Assembly: GCF_018350175.1 (NCBI RefSeq)
Contig: NC_058368.1
Location: 94,614,001 to 94,678,000 of the forward strand
Reading direction: 5' to 3'
Length of the DNA: 64,000 nucleotides
Origin: Felis catus
Taxonomy: Eukaryota
The notes below the pieces were generated by a model. The model made no database searches. It saw only the letters and a list, made by a program, of their open reading frames with translations, and was not told the origin of the DNA. Below, one piece after another: positions 36,401-48,774 of the stretch. The stretch's first letter is position 1. Every line of letters starts with the position of its first letter. Made by a program: the position numbers and the translations under genes.

Positions 36401-37711
36401 GACAGTCTCTTCAGCAAGTGGTGCTGGGAAAACTGGACAGCAACATGCAGAAGAATGACCCTGGACCACTTTCTTACCCCATACACAAAACTAAACTCAA
36501 AATGGATGAAAGTCCTCAAAGTAAGCCATAAAAGGAAGCCATAAAAATCCTTGAGGAGAAAGCAGGCAAAAACCTCTTTGATCTTGGCCGCAGCAACTTC
36601 TTAACTCAACATGTCTCCAGAGGGAAGGAAACAAAAGCAAAAATGAACTACTGGGACCTCATCAAAATAAAAAGCTTCTGCACAGCGAAGGAAACAGTTA
36701 GCAAAACTAAAAGGCAACCAACAGAATGGGAGAAGATATTTGCAAACGGCACATCAGATAAAGAGTATCCAAAATCTATAAACAACTTTTCAAACTCAAC
36801 ACCCAAAAAGCAAATGATCCAGTGTAGAAATGGGCAAAAGGCATGAATAGACACTTCTCCAAAGAAGACATCCAGATGGCCAACTGACACATAAAAAATG
36901 CTCCACATCACTCATCATCAGGGAAATACAAATCAAAACCACAATGAGATACCACCTTACTCCTGTCAGAATGGCTAAAACTAACAACTCAGGCAACAAC
37001 AGATGTTGGCGAGGATGCGGAGAAAGAGGATCTCTTTTGCATTGTTGGTGGGAATGCAAGCTGGTGCAGCCACTCTGGAAAACAGTATGGAGGTTCCTCA
37101 AAAAAATTAAAAACAGAACTACCCTACGACCCAGCAATTTCATTACTAGGTATTTATCCAAGGGATACAGGTGTGCTGTTTCGAAGGGACACATGCACCC
37201 CAATGTTTATAGCAGCACTAGCCACAATAGCCCAGAGTAGGGAGCCTAAATATCTATTGACTAATGAATGGATAAAGAATGTGGTATATATTACACGATG
37301 AAATATTACTCAGCCATCAAAAAGAGTGAAATCTTTCCATTTGCCACAATATGGATGGAGCTAGAGTATTAAGCTAAGTGAAGTAAATAGTCAGAGAAAG
37401 ACAAATATCATAGGATTTCACTCATGTAATTTAAGAAACAAAACAGATGAACATATGGGAGGTGGGGGAGAAAGAGGCAAACAAACCACAGGAGACTTTT
37501 AATGATGGAGAACAAATTGGGGGGTGTTGACGGAGGGAGGAGAGTGGGGGTGGGTTAGATGGGTGATGGGTCCTCAGGAGGGTACTTGTGATGAGCACTG
37601 AGTGTTGTGTTGTATTTAAGTGATGAATTACTGAATTCTGCTCCTGAAACCAAATGCCCTGTGTGCGAAACCAAACTAACTGGAATCTAAATAAAAATTT
37701 GAAAAAAAAAA
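33448..37711 (+). mobile_element. 5'-truncated, decayed carnivore LINE-1 (ORF2 plus 3' UTR), interrupted by an LTR
   Basis: ORF2 remnants LWDTAKAV (~33508), [25 protein letters not shown] and the C-terminal [14 protein letters not shown], with frameshifts and stops. G-rich 3' UTR at ~37519-37570, AATAAA at 37690-37695, then an A tail. TSD AAAAAT(A)GTGGTGGGC at 33432-33447 and 37707-37721, at a TT/AAAA endonuclease site. Confidence 0.95.
33876..34844 (-). mobile_element. Solo LTR of an endogenous retrovirus, probably class II (betaretrovirus-like)
   Basis: A 969-bp non-L1 insert splits contiguous L1 ORF2 sequence. It has TG...CA termini and a 6-bp TSD AAAAAC (33870-33875 and 34845-34850). On the minus strand a TATA-like ATATAAT (~34034-34040) is followed closely by AATAAA (34014-34019) and a GT-rich tract. 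Confidence 0.85.
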
Positions 37712-38996
37712 TGTGGTGGGCTGGTATTAGAGACTACACTTACTAAGGTCAGTGTTCAAGATCAGTGTGTTAAAGATCCTTAACGCACACCATTACACTG
37801 ATTTTTTTATTTAGGTGTTGTGGATTATGTCCGTGTGACATCTTCCCTCTTTTTACCCATAACCTCTCAAAGGTTCAGTGCCAGAAAGAACAGAAATACA
37901 TCTTTATTTTCTCATCGCATCCTCTCTTGAATAGATAATACTTCCATTGCTCTCTTTCCAATTTGGCTTCGAGTCACTGCTGTGATTCTGCTGTTGAACA
38001 GTCTTTCAAGTTAGAAGTTAGTATTCTGGTTAAGTAAAAAAAAAAAAAAAAAAAAATTGTGAGACTGCCCATCTTACCAGTGTAGCTAAGGTAGTTTTTA
38101 CTAAATCAGTTATTAGGGCCATGTTGTGAGAGGCATGTGACAATTGCATTTCACACATCTTTCCTAAATAGTGTTTCTCGAATTTATTGGAAATTTAATA
38201 CTCCTGGTACTGAGGTTCTGAGGTTAGTGAAACCAATCATGTCTCAAGTTCAGTAAACCACATTTGTGCTATTTAATATTTTAAAAGAAAACTTAAACAG
38301 TTTTAGTCTGTCTTTACTATTTTTGCCTTACCTGATTGAATTTTGCTCTTGTGTTAATTAATAAGTTCATAGGAAATGTTCTAATTAGTTTCTGTCATAA
38401 CTGGGAACCATAATAAGTTAGAGTACTTTGGAAAGCATGATAACACCTGCTCACTAGTAAATACCAATTCTTGGTCTGGCTCTTTTCCAGTCTCGCTAAC
38501 TGTGTCTAAATGTGTGAACCTCTTACCATCTGCGTACTTCAATTTTCCTCTAAATTAAAAAAAAAAAAAAAAGTCTTACCTGTATTCTATCCAGTTCAGA
38601 GTTTTGAAAGACAACGAGAGGTCATTAAAGTGTAAAATCCCTAACTGTTGAGAAAACCATTGGCTTTAAAATATACTGTTGTGAAATAGTAATATGCTAT
38701 TTAAAGACCATGGACTCTTACTGTACTTCGTTGCTTAGTCTAAGACCTCTATTTTCAGAATGCAGTGTATTTGAAGACGAGTTTTACTGTTGAATTTGAC
38801 AGGCCTGGCACAAGGCCAATCTCATGAGCCCAAAGGGAGAGTTTGCAGAAAACGCAGGTTGAAGGAGCCATAGAATTGACTTTCCATGAAGTCTAGGCTT
38901 ATCCATGTTCATTCCTACGGGTGGGAGATTTGCTGAAAGTTGACTGTTTTCTTCCTTCCATACCATCTGATTCCAATCTGTACTTGTCTTTTATAG

Positions 38997-39107
38997 CTAG
39001 AGACGGTCGGATGGCAGCTTAACCTTCAGATGGCTCACTCTGCCCAAGCGAAACTAAAATCTCCTCAAGCCGTGTTACAGCTGGGAGTGAGTGGTGAAGA
39101 TTCAAAG
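38997..39107 (+). CDS. COMMD10: COMMD10 internal coding exon (equivalent to human exon 5; start of the COMM domain), 111 nt, phase 0-0
   Basis: Long pyrimidine tract ending cttgtcttttatAG at 38996; strong donor AAG|GTAAGA at 39108. Translation [37 protein letters not shown] includes the conserved W and P of the COMM domain. Confidence 0.96.
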
Positions 39108-40194
39108 GTAAGAAATGGTACCTCAGTGAAATGCTGCATTTTGTTTACCAGGTAGGTCTTGTACTTTATTGTGAGCAGAGTCTCTGCCCCCTGGATTGAA
39201 ATTTTAAACACAATTAAATTAAAATTCAACAAGGATTAACAAATGGCTAGATCTTTGTGACAGGTTTTGAGAATCAGAGTTACTTATCCCTTTGTTATTC
39301 ATTTGAAGAAATGTCTTGCACGAGCATTTCATAACCTCTTCTTTTAAATTCTGCAGTGGGAAAACTTGGTAACAGCCATATAAAATTAAGATTTTAATGA
39401 TTTAGATATTTGTGGATATTTGTAGGTGTTTTGTGTTTTAAGTTGCTTACATATAGTAGAAGGAATTTTGTTGTCTAGCCAATGCCTGCATTACCAAGAT
39501 GATGTGAATTGTGTTTGTGTGTGTGTAACAATAGCGTGCATGAGTTTAAATCCCAGCTGTTGCAAAATGGAATTTTGGATTCGTTTATACTGCGTGATGA
39601 TTTCTTTTTTAGCGTTAATTTCAGGAAGCTTGAACATCTTATCAAAGTTAAAAGAGTTGGTATGGAATTTTTTTTTTTTTTTTTTACTGTAGCGTATAGA
39701 GAAATATATATTTAAGATAGCAGTGAAAGATATTTGTTATCTTTTTATTGTAATCGATTATCTTTTTAAGATGGATAAAGGGGAGTGACTTTTTCCCCCT
39801 AAATAAAGGAGACTTTGCTTCTTTTTAACACAGAGAGGTGAGAATCAGGTAGGAAGATCTGAGGAAAGAGAGGTAACTTTGACTGGATGTAATCAGAGAA
39901 TAATTGGAGAAATATTATTGTTTATAATGGGCATTGAAGGATGAGAGCAGTATTACTTCTTTGTTAGAACTTTCATCATGTGTTATATATCATGCGCATT
40001 TTTATCTTCCATGGTAATGGGGACCAGTACGTAGCCCAGGTTAACAAGTCTATAAAATTTTAGGCCATTGAGTTGGGTCTCACTGTATATAATTTATTAA
40101 TTCATTCAGTGTTTCAAAAGTATTGCATTTCACACATTTTAAGTTGATGAATACAGTATAAATAACGATAATATATAAAATAATATAAGTTTAG

Positions 40195-40392
40195 TAGTTA
40201 AGAGTTGAAGTGACTGGTATATTATGTATGCTCTACAATTTAGAAGTGGTGTAGCCTTGGGCAAGTCACTTCATCTTTATGAGTGTCAGCTTCTTCATCT
40301 GTAAACCGGGGATAACATTACCTGTCGCACGGGGTTACCCAGTGTACGGAGTGCTTATTTAGTCCGACGCCTAGTGTTAGGTAAATGCTTAA
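40195..40392 (+). mobile_element. MIR
   Basis: Core ccttgggcaagtcacttcatctttatgagtgtcagcttcttcatctgtaaa. Other probable MIR relics lie near 10655-10830, 32790-32925, 44450-44600 and 61420-61840. Confidence 0.75.
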
Positions 40393-41912
40393 AAAATGCA
40401 GGCTGCTGCCATTTTCATCATCATCGGCAATAAAACTTATTTTTGGCTAATGAATAAATAAATGCCTTTGTTTTAAACCAAAGCTGACAGTGAATTTATT
40501 TCCTGATGAAATGAATCATTTCCCTTTCCTTGCCCCCTTCCGCCTTTTTAGTTCTCGATCTTCTTTTTCATATCTATGCTTACTGAGACCTCGGGAGGGG
40601 AAGGACAGCCTGGAAAGCCTGATGTTTTCTTACAGTGAACTAGGGAAGGCATTCCTTTAGGTTTGGGATAACAGTCTGGAACTCACTAGTTCCAGTGTAG
40701 ACTGGAACTATTCTGAGTGAAGACACACACGCGTACGTATGTGCAGATGTACATACACACATTCGTATGTTCTCCAAGTGACTGTACGCCTTCACTGTTG
40801 CATTTCTCTGGACTGTCATACGTTAAGTCTGAGTAGGTAAATGGAATTGATAGGCTGGAAGGAAACTGTTGCGACCGTATGTGGGGTGTACTTCAAGCAT
40901 CATTGTGTAGGCAGTGGTGGACCTTGGGATGCCTGAGTCCTTCCGGCTCCTTTATTATGTCTTCAAAATACGTTTATATGTCAGTTCTATGTTGAGACAG
41001 TAGGAATGAATGAGTAATACTTCTAGTAAAAAAGTCATGTTTTTAATCTATGTTACTCAGAAAATCTCTACAGATGTGAAATCCAGCTCACTGGGAGATA
41101 GAACCTGGAGTACATTTGTATCTCCCTGTGTGTTGCTATTTTGAAGTTTTGAACGAGCGTTTGGTTATCCATATAACTTGTAGAGCTGGAGAACCATTTG
41201 CATAGACAAACAGACGATGCAAAGAAGAGCAGCGGCCTACAAAGGAAAAGGATATTTTCTTTTTTTTTTAAGTTTATTTATTTTGAGAGAGAGACAGAGC
41301 ATGAGCAAGGGAAGGGCAGAGAGAAGGGGAGACACAGAATCCCAAGCAGGCGCCAGAATCTGACCTATCGGCACACAGCCCGATGCAGGGCTCGAACCCA
41401 TGAGCCGTGAGATCACGACCTGAGCCAAGATCAAGAGTCGGATGCCCATCAGGCTGAGCCACCCGAGCACCCCGATATTTTCATTTTGGTGCAGACTTAA
41501 GTGCACCTCTTTCCCTTGTATTGCCTCTCTTCCCTATGGCATTGTGTGGATTTGACCTGTTTCTCATATCTGCTAAAGAAGAGACATGTAATGGAGCGTA
41601 TCACAGCTGTCAGCCTGGACAGACACCTGCCATCTCCAAGCGCTGTGTATCCCAGCTCCAAGGAGCAGTTAACCACCACACCTCTGTTCTCTCAGTGAAC
41701 TGCTGTTGGGAAGATGTACTTTTTCTTCTTTTCATATTCTCCCTCTCTCTTTTTGTGATCTGGTACTCTGTTCTTTGTACTCGTGTGAGACTTTGGGAAT
41801 TCTTGACAGGTGGGAATATTAGATGAAAGGAACAGGAATATGGAATATGTTTTAAAAACCATGTTTGTTAAAAGAAAGGAGAACTTTTTCTAAAAAATTT
41901 TTAAGTTTGTTT

Positions 41913-41968
<56 letters not shown>

Positions 41969-44900
41969 AGAGGAGGGGCGGAGAGAAAATCCCAAGCAGG
42001 CTCTGTGCTGATAGTACAGAGTCTGATGTGGGGATCGAACTCACAAACTGTGAGATCATAACCTGAGGCGAAACCAAGAGTCAGACACTTAACCAACTGA
42101 GCCACCCAGGCGCCCAAGAAGGGAGAAGTTTTATTGAAAACGATGACAAGTTATCACTGGTTAGTGTATGATGGAAAGTATCATAGAATACAGAGTTGCC
42201 ATATTATGAAATTGGCATTTGTTTAAAAAGCAGAAAGCATGAAAGAAAATTCTTTTAAGTGTGTATGTTAAAGGGTATTTTTCCTGAAAGTATTCATGTA
42301 TTAAAATAATTCTGAGAGGGGTGCCTGGGTGGCTCAGTCAGTTCAACATTTGACTCTTGATTTTGGCTCAGGTCATGATCTCACGGTTTGTGAGATCGAG
42401 CCCCACGTTGGGCTCTGTGCTGACAGAGTGGAGCCTGCTTGGGGTTCTCTGTCTCTTCTTTCTCTCTTCCTCCCCTGCTCTCTCTCTCAAAATAAGTAAA
42501 CTTAAAAAAAACTCTGAAAGGGTTAGTCAGTGAACATTATGAGAGACTCTTTTGATGGTGTTTACTTTTGAGCTGCTGAGCCGAAAACTTCCTGCAGTTC
42601 ATCAAAGTGTGTGGTTTCTAAAAGTCTTTCTTCTCATTCACTTCCAACATACACATGAAAAGCGTAGCCTGCAGTGAAGTTCTAATTGCTGTCACATTAG
42701 ATAGCACTGTTGCACTCGTGTCCTTTCTCTTGGAACGTTCCTGTCTCAAGGCTTTCCTGTTTTGCTACTAATTTTATCATGAAAACTGGGCGATTGTAGC
42801 TTCTCTTGCAGTATTTTGATTTATATATTCTAGTTGTTTGCAATTAATTGTCTTAGTGTTTGTCTACTGCATTTAGCAAAGTAAGATTATTTTCCTGTTC
42901 TGAGATACATCAAAAAGAGGGTTGTTTTTTGTTTTTTTTTTTTTTTTTGGTTTATTTCATTAGAGGGCAGTAGAGCTCTTTGCTTACCTAACCTCTGGCA
43001 CTTACAGTGTTATTTGAAATAACATTCAAAATAATTTGTGAAGTCAGTAGTTGTGGGAAATGCTAAGTGTTCACATTTCTAATCTGTATATAACAATAGA
43101 GTTCTCTTGTTTCCATCAACAAAATTAATGCCTATTAATCAGATATGTACAGAACAAATAAATGAAATCATCATGATTTCATTGTTTGTTAGTTTCTCTG
43201 TGATTATTTGCCAAAATGAAGTTTATTAAAAAGCCTTCAACACTATTGACTATTTTTGTAACATTCTGTCGCTTGTATTAATTTCTTTGTGAGAAAAGAG
43301 AACACAGTAATCCCAAGATAGTTGAATGGCTCTAGTATAACTACTTCCAGGCTAATCATAGTTGACATTTCTTTATTTATAGAGAATAGCAATTTTATAC
43401 TTAACAAATGTTGATAATTTTGAATATTCCAAGCACCTTAACTTTAAATATCCTAAAAACACTAAAATACTTAAATTTTGCTCTTGGTTGTGCATTATTA
43501 TGTTTCCCCCAGTAACTTTGCACTTCGGAGACAATCACGTTTTGTTAGTACAGTGACTCTAAAATTTTTTGGTACATCTTTTAAGAAAGAATCTTGGTGT
43601 TTCATTCGTTTCTTCTTTTGAAACAACTGGGATAAAATCGCCATGGAAGGGAACTGTCATTTACCTTAAGGTTAAGTTGGATTATGCTCAGGTTGCACAA
43701 GGTACTTTGTGGTGGGTAATTACGATTTCAAGTGAATTTAGGACTTTAAGTACTAATTTGTTGAGTGAGAGATCTTCATTCTTATTTCCAAAATGGGTGA
43801 CAAATTCTATTGAGAGTGAAGAAAAAGGAGGGAAAGCCCTGTTTTAGTGCTTATTCTGTGCTAGACATGGTATCTCCTCCTTTACTTCTGGGGTGCCTGG
43901 GTGGCTCAGTCAGTGCAGCTCAGGTCATGGTCTCACGGTCCGAGTGAGTTCGAGCCCTGCGTGGGCTCAGTGCTGACAGCTCGGAGCCTGGAGCCTGCTT
44001 CAGAGTCTGTGTCTCCCTCTCTCTCTGCCTCTGTCCTGCTCACACTCTGTCTCTTTCTGTCTCTCAAAAATAAATAAACATTAAAAAAAAATTTTTTTTT
44101 TTTTAGATAAAATACTTCTTTCACGGTTACCTGGGTGGCTCAGTTGGTTAAACATCCAACTTAGGTCATGATCTCACGGTTCGTGGGTTTGAGCCCCACA
44201 TCGTGCTCTGCACTGACAGCATGGAGCCCGCTTGGGATTCTCTATCTCCTATTCTCTCTGATCCATCCCCGCACCTGCATGCACTTTCTCTCTCACATGC
44301 TCTCTCGCTCTCTCGCTCTCTCAAAATAAATAAATAAACTTAAAAAAAAAATAAAGCTGTCATCATATTGAAAAAATGAAAATAAAAGATTTCTTTCTTT
44401 TATGAATGAATTGTTATTGTTATTATACTGTTATTGTCATTATCTTGTTATTATCCCTATTTTATAGGAAGATGGAGAAATGGAAACACATAGAGATTAA
44501 CCCCGAGGTTATACAACTAAAAACAAGTAGAACTAGGATTTGAAACCAGACAGTTTAACTTCAGAGCACTGTACTTTATTCATTGCTGAGATACTGCCTC
44601 TTTTGCTTATTTAATGACTTAGCAGTCGATCCTGTAATGTATGTATGTTTGAAGTTGCTGAAAGTGTTCTAATACGCACTGTTGTATCTTGTTGGTTGTT
44701 GTTCTCCATACAGTGGTAGGCATATGGATTCTCAATTTCCTTTTGCTTTTCTCTGATTAAGTTGAAATAATTTTACACCTAAAGTCAATGAGAGACACTA
44801 ATAAATACTTTTACATAGTAAATAAAGCTTTATGTTTTGATGTTACCTCAGTTCACTAAAGACTGTGTTTATTAACACACTTTACTATAACAGCTATATG

Positions 44901-45989
44901 GCATCATGGATGTTGATACCTTATGAACAAAGAAATAGGCTATATCATTAAAAAGAAAACATCCTTAGATCTGTTTATGACAGATTCCTTAGTAAGAGAA
45001 AAATACGTCTTTGTTCAAATTATGAACTCTTGTATTAGAAATGTGAAGTATTCTGATCTCCCTAAAAGTGATGGTTGTATTGACTGATTTTGAAGGGCCT
45101 TCAGATTTCTCGAGCTGCTCTCACAAGCAGGTCTGAATTTTACAAATACTGTATTTTTACTAATCTAATCTGTATAAATAAATATATTTCAGTATATTTC
45201 CCTTGATAATTTAAGTTTATTTTTCTCTTTAACAAAAATTTTTTTTAAATGTTTATATTTGAGAGAGAGAGAGAGAGGGACAGAATGCAAGTGGGTGAGG
45301 GGCAGAGAAGGAGGGAGGCATAGAATCTGAAGCAGGCTCCAGGCTCCAAGCTGTTATGACAGTATAGAGCCCACAAGGGGCTCGAACTCACAGATCACGA
45401 GATCATGACCTGAGTTGAAGTCAGATGCTTAACCGACTGAGCCACCCATGCGCCTCTATTTTTCTCTTTTTTAAAAGTTGTGCATCTATTATGGACATTT
45501 TTAAAAATATAGGAAAAAAAAAAAGACAATTAAAACCGTACCCACAACACTGTTATGTTTTGCTATAGGACTTTCTAGTTGTTTTTTACTTTGCATCTCT
45601 TAACTTGTAAATGATTAAAAAAAAATAATGATGTTTGCATTTGGTTTAGGAAAAAATTGAGATTTTATTATTACTGTTCAGTGCTTGATATGGTTATGAG
45701 AAGATAATCTCATTCATTAATCAGAATTTTTTTCCATTTTGATAAGTAGCAATTACTGCTTTTTCTAGAACATGGTCTCCTGTGATCTGAAGAAACATTC
45801 AGTAAAGTCTTGGGCTTTTTACTCACTGATTTTGATGAGAAATTTTATAAAATGAGCTTTGCTTCCAGCAGTTCTGTATTAAGATACTAATTTTCATTTG
45901 TGCCATTTGGGATGGTTATTTAGGGTTCAGAAAATTTTGAAGACAGGTCAGTGGTTTTTCTTCTCAAATGAAATGATTGATAAGTATTG

Positions 45990-46660
45990 TCTTTTTTTTT
46001 TTTTTTTAATTTTTTTCAACGTTTATTTATTTTTGGGACAGAGAGAGACAGAGCATGAACGGGGGAGGGCCAGAGAGAGAGGGAGACACAGAATCGGAAA
46101 CAGGCTCCAGGCTCTGAGCCATCAGCCCAGAGCCTGACGCGGGGCTCAAACTCACGGACCGCGAGATCGTGACCTGGCTGAAGTCGGACACTTAACCGAC
46201 TGCGCCACCCAGGCGCCCCAGTATTGTCTTTTAAAAATTGTGGTTCTTGGGGCACCTGGGTGGTTCAGTCGGTTGAGTGCCTTTGTTTTTTTCTTTAAGG
46301 TTTATTTATTATTTTGAGAGAGAGAGAGATACAGTGTGAGTGGGGTAGAGGCACAGACAGAGGGGAGAGAGAGAATCCAAAGCAGGCTCCATGCTGTCCG
46401 TACAGAGCTTCACGTGGGGCTCGAACTCATAAGTCGTAAGATCATGACCTGAGCCGAAATCAAGAGTCAAATGTGTAACCAGCCTAACCACCCAGGCAAC
46501 CCGAGTGTCTGAGTCTTGATTTTAGCTCAGGTCATGATCTCACTGTTGTGAGATCAAGCACTATGTCAGGCTCTGCGATGGGTGTGGAGCCTCCTTCAGA
46601 TTCCCTTTCCCTATCCCTTTGCCCCTTCCTTGTGCAGATGCGCTCTCTCGTGCACGCGCG

Positions 46661-46704
<44 letters not shown>

Positions 46705-46713
46705 AAACAGGAA
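45990..46713. mobile_element. Young - strand felid SINE, followed by a + SINE interrupted by a - SINE
   Basis: agtattgtcttt is duplicated around the first copy. GAGTGCCT (46275-46282) / GAGTGTCT (46503-46510) flanks the nested copy. Confidence 0.9.
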
Positions 46714-48774
46714 ATAAATAATTATGGTTTTTTTCATTAGTTAGGTTATGTATGTTTATTGTACAAAACTTGTAGAAAATTGTAGAAAATTGTAGAAATT
46801 GTAGAAAATTCAGAGATATAAAGAAAATCTCAGAGGTTTACCCCCAAGATGCAGCCAATCTATTTGACCTATTTTATTTCCGTGTTTATTCTACGGATAC
46901 TTTCTTCTGAGAGTGTGATTCTGTGACTTTTTTGATTTTATGCTCTGCTTTTGTCCTGTAACTCTGTAAAACTTTTTCCGTATTGCTTCCAACTTACCAT
47001 GCATGTATTTTAAATGACTGTATTGTACTCTGGCTATGAAATACTATGGTTTTCTCCCAGTTCCTCCATTGTCAAATAACGGGTTTGTTTCCAGTATTTT
47101 CCTGTTATATTGTGACAAACATATTTGTGTATATATACATAGTAGGTGCTTAATAAACGTACTGACTGACTGACTGACTGACTGAATAAAGCCTCCTTAG
47201 TATATAGGATTATTCCCCAGGAGTATAATTAGTAGGTAAAAGGGTATAAACTAAAAAGAGGTCTTGCTATAGTTTGATAAATGGCTTTCCATAATTATTT
47301 TGGAAACATGCTCAGAAACTCAAAGGGTGCATTCAGAGGATTTAAGAGCTTCTGGAGAAAGGCGTGACATTACTATCTCACATACAGGCTCTTTCGTAAC
47401 TGGTTAATTAAGTACTTTGGATAATTGTAGGAGATCAGTTGAAAGCTCAAATACTTTTGTAATATTAGAGAATCGTCCATTTTATAATTTCTTTATTCCA
47501 TTAGTGTACGTATAAGCTTTCATTATGTGTGTTTTGGTTTATTATAGAACGTGCAGAAGCAATCTGATCAAATACTCTGGCAGTTATAGAAAATAGAAAT
47601 GGCCCTTATTTGTGAGATAATTGCCCAGATACTCTGAGAACAAAGCCTGGTCCTTTGCAATCTAATTTATTTAAGTATTCCTAAGGCTGTGTGGCTCTAG
47701 TTTTCTTGTTTTTAACTTTGTTTTGTATCCTTTTTCAGTGTGATCAGTTTCTCAGTGATTTTGTCCTTCAAGGGGTCATGTTTTCTACATAAGAGCAATA
47801 CAAAATTTTTTTCCTCAATTTAGTGCATATTTTGGTTTTGTAATCAATTTGACTTTCTAAAAGCCCTTATGTATTCAAGTCATATATGTACATCTTCATG
47901 GTATCACAGTGAATCTCTTGGTATCTGTGTGAGAGCGTATGTGTGTGTGCAAGCTTTTTTCAAATTTCAGGCTCCCTAATGGAAACTCTACATTTAACCA
48001 TGAGAAGGCTTTATAAGCTAAAAAAAATTACTGTTTGGATACTGTCTTTGAGGAGTAAAAACAAACAGAATATTAATACACAATTAGAGTGTGATAGTAT
48101 TTAGTATTCATGTGGGGAAAATGATAGAAGAGTCTTGGAGAAGAAAATCCTTTCTAAAAATAATCCAGAAAGTTCATGCATTTCAGACTTAAAATATCAT
48201 CTTTTCACTAACATTCTTTTAAAAAATTCTGTGGGATTCCAAAGTAGGTAAACAAACAGTATCACCCTTAGTTGTCTTTCCTAGCTTGGAGCCTTTTTAA
48301 CTTTTTATATCCAGAGGCAATTGATAATTGTGGAATTCCCCAGACATAATAGAATATATTTAGAAGTACCTCTAAATTTTGTTTGATGTATTTTTATGGA
48401 TTAGAAATGACATTAATGTAAACCAGTGGTTTAAGTATTTTGATATGAAAGTGTTTATACTGCATTAGACAACTGAACAAATAAAGTGCTGTTTCAGAAA
48501 TTAAATAAGCAGTAACTTTTTCAATAGCTCAGATTCTGTTCAAGAAGTACTTATTAAGGGGCACCTGGGTGGCTCAGTTGGTTGGGCGTCTGACTTCGGC
48601 TCAGGTCATGATCTCACGGTTCGTGAGTTCGAGCCCCATGTCGGTTCTGTGCTGACAGCTCGGAGCCTGGAGGCTGTTTCAGATTCTGTGTCTCCCCCTC
48701 TCTCTCTGCCCCTCCCCTGTTTGTGCTTTGCCTCTCAAAAATGAATAAATGTTAAAAAAAAATTGAAAAAAAAG

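Noticed and set aside
34888..37240. Reverse-transcriptase-like ORFs as an active element or a novel RT system
   Set aside because: This is ordinary L1 ORF2: 5'-truncated, frameshifted, with stops, and split by an LTR.
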